Part shown: positions 62,835-64,000 of the stretch, piece by piece
Layout: every line of letters starts with the position of its first letter
Position numbering within the stretch: the stretch's first letter is position 1
DNA from: Gemmatimonadota bacterium
GTDB lineage: Bacteria > Gemmatimonadota > Gemmatimonadetes > Longimicrobiales > Gaopeijiaceae
Direction of reading: 5' to 3'
Assembly: GCA_039589315.1 (NCBI GenBank)
Contig: JBDHHQ010000003.1
Coordinates: 1 to 64,000, forward strand
DNA: 64,000 nucleotides
The notes under the pieces: generated by a model
The model's input: only the letters and a program-made list of their open reading frames with translations
Database searches by the model: none
What the model was told of the DNA's origin: nothing
Program-made: the position numbers and the translations under genes

Positions 62835-64000
62835 TCAGGACTCGGCGATTCCGTAGCGATTCAGCTTCCGATACAGCGTGGACGGGTCGATGCCCAGGAC
62901 CTCCGCCGCCCGTGTCTTGTTGCCGCCCTCGGCGTGCAGCACCCAGTGGATGTAGGCCCGTTCGATCACCTCCATGGAGGGATTGGGCGGCAGGTTCGCG
63001 CTCACCAGCTGCGGCGTGGGGGCCGACCGAACGCGCTCGGGCAGGGCATCGGCCTTGATGGTGTCGGCGGAGGTGACGACCGCCGCCCTCTCCAACGCGT
63101 TCTCGAGCTCGCGAACGTTGCCCGGCCAGTCGTACCGGACCAGGATCTCCATGGTCTCCTCGGTGAGTCCCTTGACCCCGTCTTCCCGATCCCGGCCGAG
63201 CTTCTCCAGGAAGTGGTCCGCGAGTACCGGAATGTCCTCCCTCCGCTCTCGCAGTGGAGGAATGTGGAGGACGATGACGTTCAACCGATAGTAGAGGTCG
63301 CTACGGAACGTGCCTTTCCGAATCTCCTCTTCCAGGTCTCGGTTGGTGGCGGCGAGGATTCTAGTGTCAACCGGGACGGATTCCGTGGCGCCGACCGGGA
63401 TCACCTCCCGCTCCTGGAGCGCGCGCAGGAGCTTCACCTGGGTGGCCGGGCTCATCTCCCCGATCTCGTCCAGGAAGAAGCTGCCCCCGGCCGCAGCCAC
63501 GAGGAGCCCTTCCTTGTCCTTCACGGCGCCCGTGAACGAGCCTTTCACATGCCCGAAGAGCTCGCTCTCCAGGAGGCTGTCGGGCAAGGCCCCGCAGTTG
63601 ATGGAGAGAAAGGGCCCGTCGGCCCGATCCGACAGCGAGTGGATGTAGCGGGCGAGCACCTCTTTTCCGGTCCCGCTCTCTCCACCGAGGAGCACGGTGG
63701 AATCGCTAGGAGCGACGGTCTCGGCCAGCTCGAGGACGTCCACGAAGGCCCGGGCCTTCCCGATGGGTCTCCCTTGCGTCGTGCGGTCTCGGCGCCGGAT
63801 CTCCTTCTTGAGCTCTTTGTTTTCGACCTTGAGCTGCCGAGACTCCGCCGCTCGTTTGCAGATGGCCAGGAGCTCGTCGTTCGCGAAGGGCTTCTGGATG
63901 TAGTAGAAGGCGCCCTCGTTCACTGCCCGCATGGCCGACTGGAGGGACGCCTGCGCGGTCATGAGTATGACCGGCACCTCCGGATCGTGCTCGATGGCCG
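62835..64000 (-). CDS. NtrC-family sigma54 response regulator, 5' truncated by window (possible PilR)
   Basis: End of receiver domain, GESGTGKE, GSFTGA, WPGNVREL, HTH. Confidence 0.9.
   Translation of the reverse strand, partial: AIEHDPEVPVILMTAQASLQSAMRAVNEGAFYYIQKPFANDELLAICKRAAESRQLKVENKELKKEIRRRDRTTQGRPIGKARAFVDVLELAETVAPSDSTVLLGGESGTGKEVLARYIHSLSDRADGPFLSINCGALPDSLLESELFGHVKGSFTGAVKDKEGLLVAAAGGSFFLDEIGEMSPATQVKLLRALQEREVIPVGATESVPVDTRILAATNRDLEEEIRKGTFRSDLYYRLNVIVLHIPPLRERREDIPVLADHFLEKLGRDREDGVKGLTEETMEILVRYDWPGNVRELENALERAAVVTSADTIKADALPERVRSAPTPQLVSANLPPNPSMEVIERAYIHWVLHAEGGNKTRAAEVLGIDPSTLYRKLNRYGIAES

Overview
High-GC (roughly 68-70% by eye) bacterial chromosomal segment. Gene content and protein style suggest Gemmatimonadota (inference). 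It is mostly core genes: a PHP phosphoesterase; the F1Fo ATP synthase operon; moxR-CNNM-gammaCA-Zn-finger; pilD, trmH-family, thiD, punA, nupC, rhomboid; dnaK and a DegP-family protease; tRNA-Leu(TAG)-tig-clpP-clpX-lon-engB; and aroC-aroK-topA-trmFO-xerC-hslVU-argF-gcvT-mog-bEBP. The last 21 kb is a type IVa pilus locus: pilMNOPQ plus a 911-aa lipoprotein, two minor-pilin quartets, a two-component pair, pilA, a TMTC-like GT-C/TPR enzyme, a GT2 and a partial sigma54 regulator. No mobile element or CRISPR array was seen. Most interesting: (1) a candidate pilus-linked protein O-mannosylation system (TMTC-like GT-C + DPM1-like GT2 beside a Ser/Thr-rich pilA), with a marked excess of the Bacteroidetes D-(S/T)-(A/I/L/V/M/T) sequon in exported pilus proteins; (2) a candidate sigma54-dependent ~140-nt sRNA at ~369-511; (3) sigma54-type promoters and shared palindromes upstream of heat-shock and pilin genes; (4) a Rex-like operator on the atp promoter; (5) an EF-hand-like loop in PilQ; (6) an exact 57-bp in-frame duplication and an apparent in-frame deletion that may be assembly artefacts. 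All calls are from motif recognition by eye; no searches were run.
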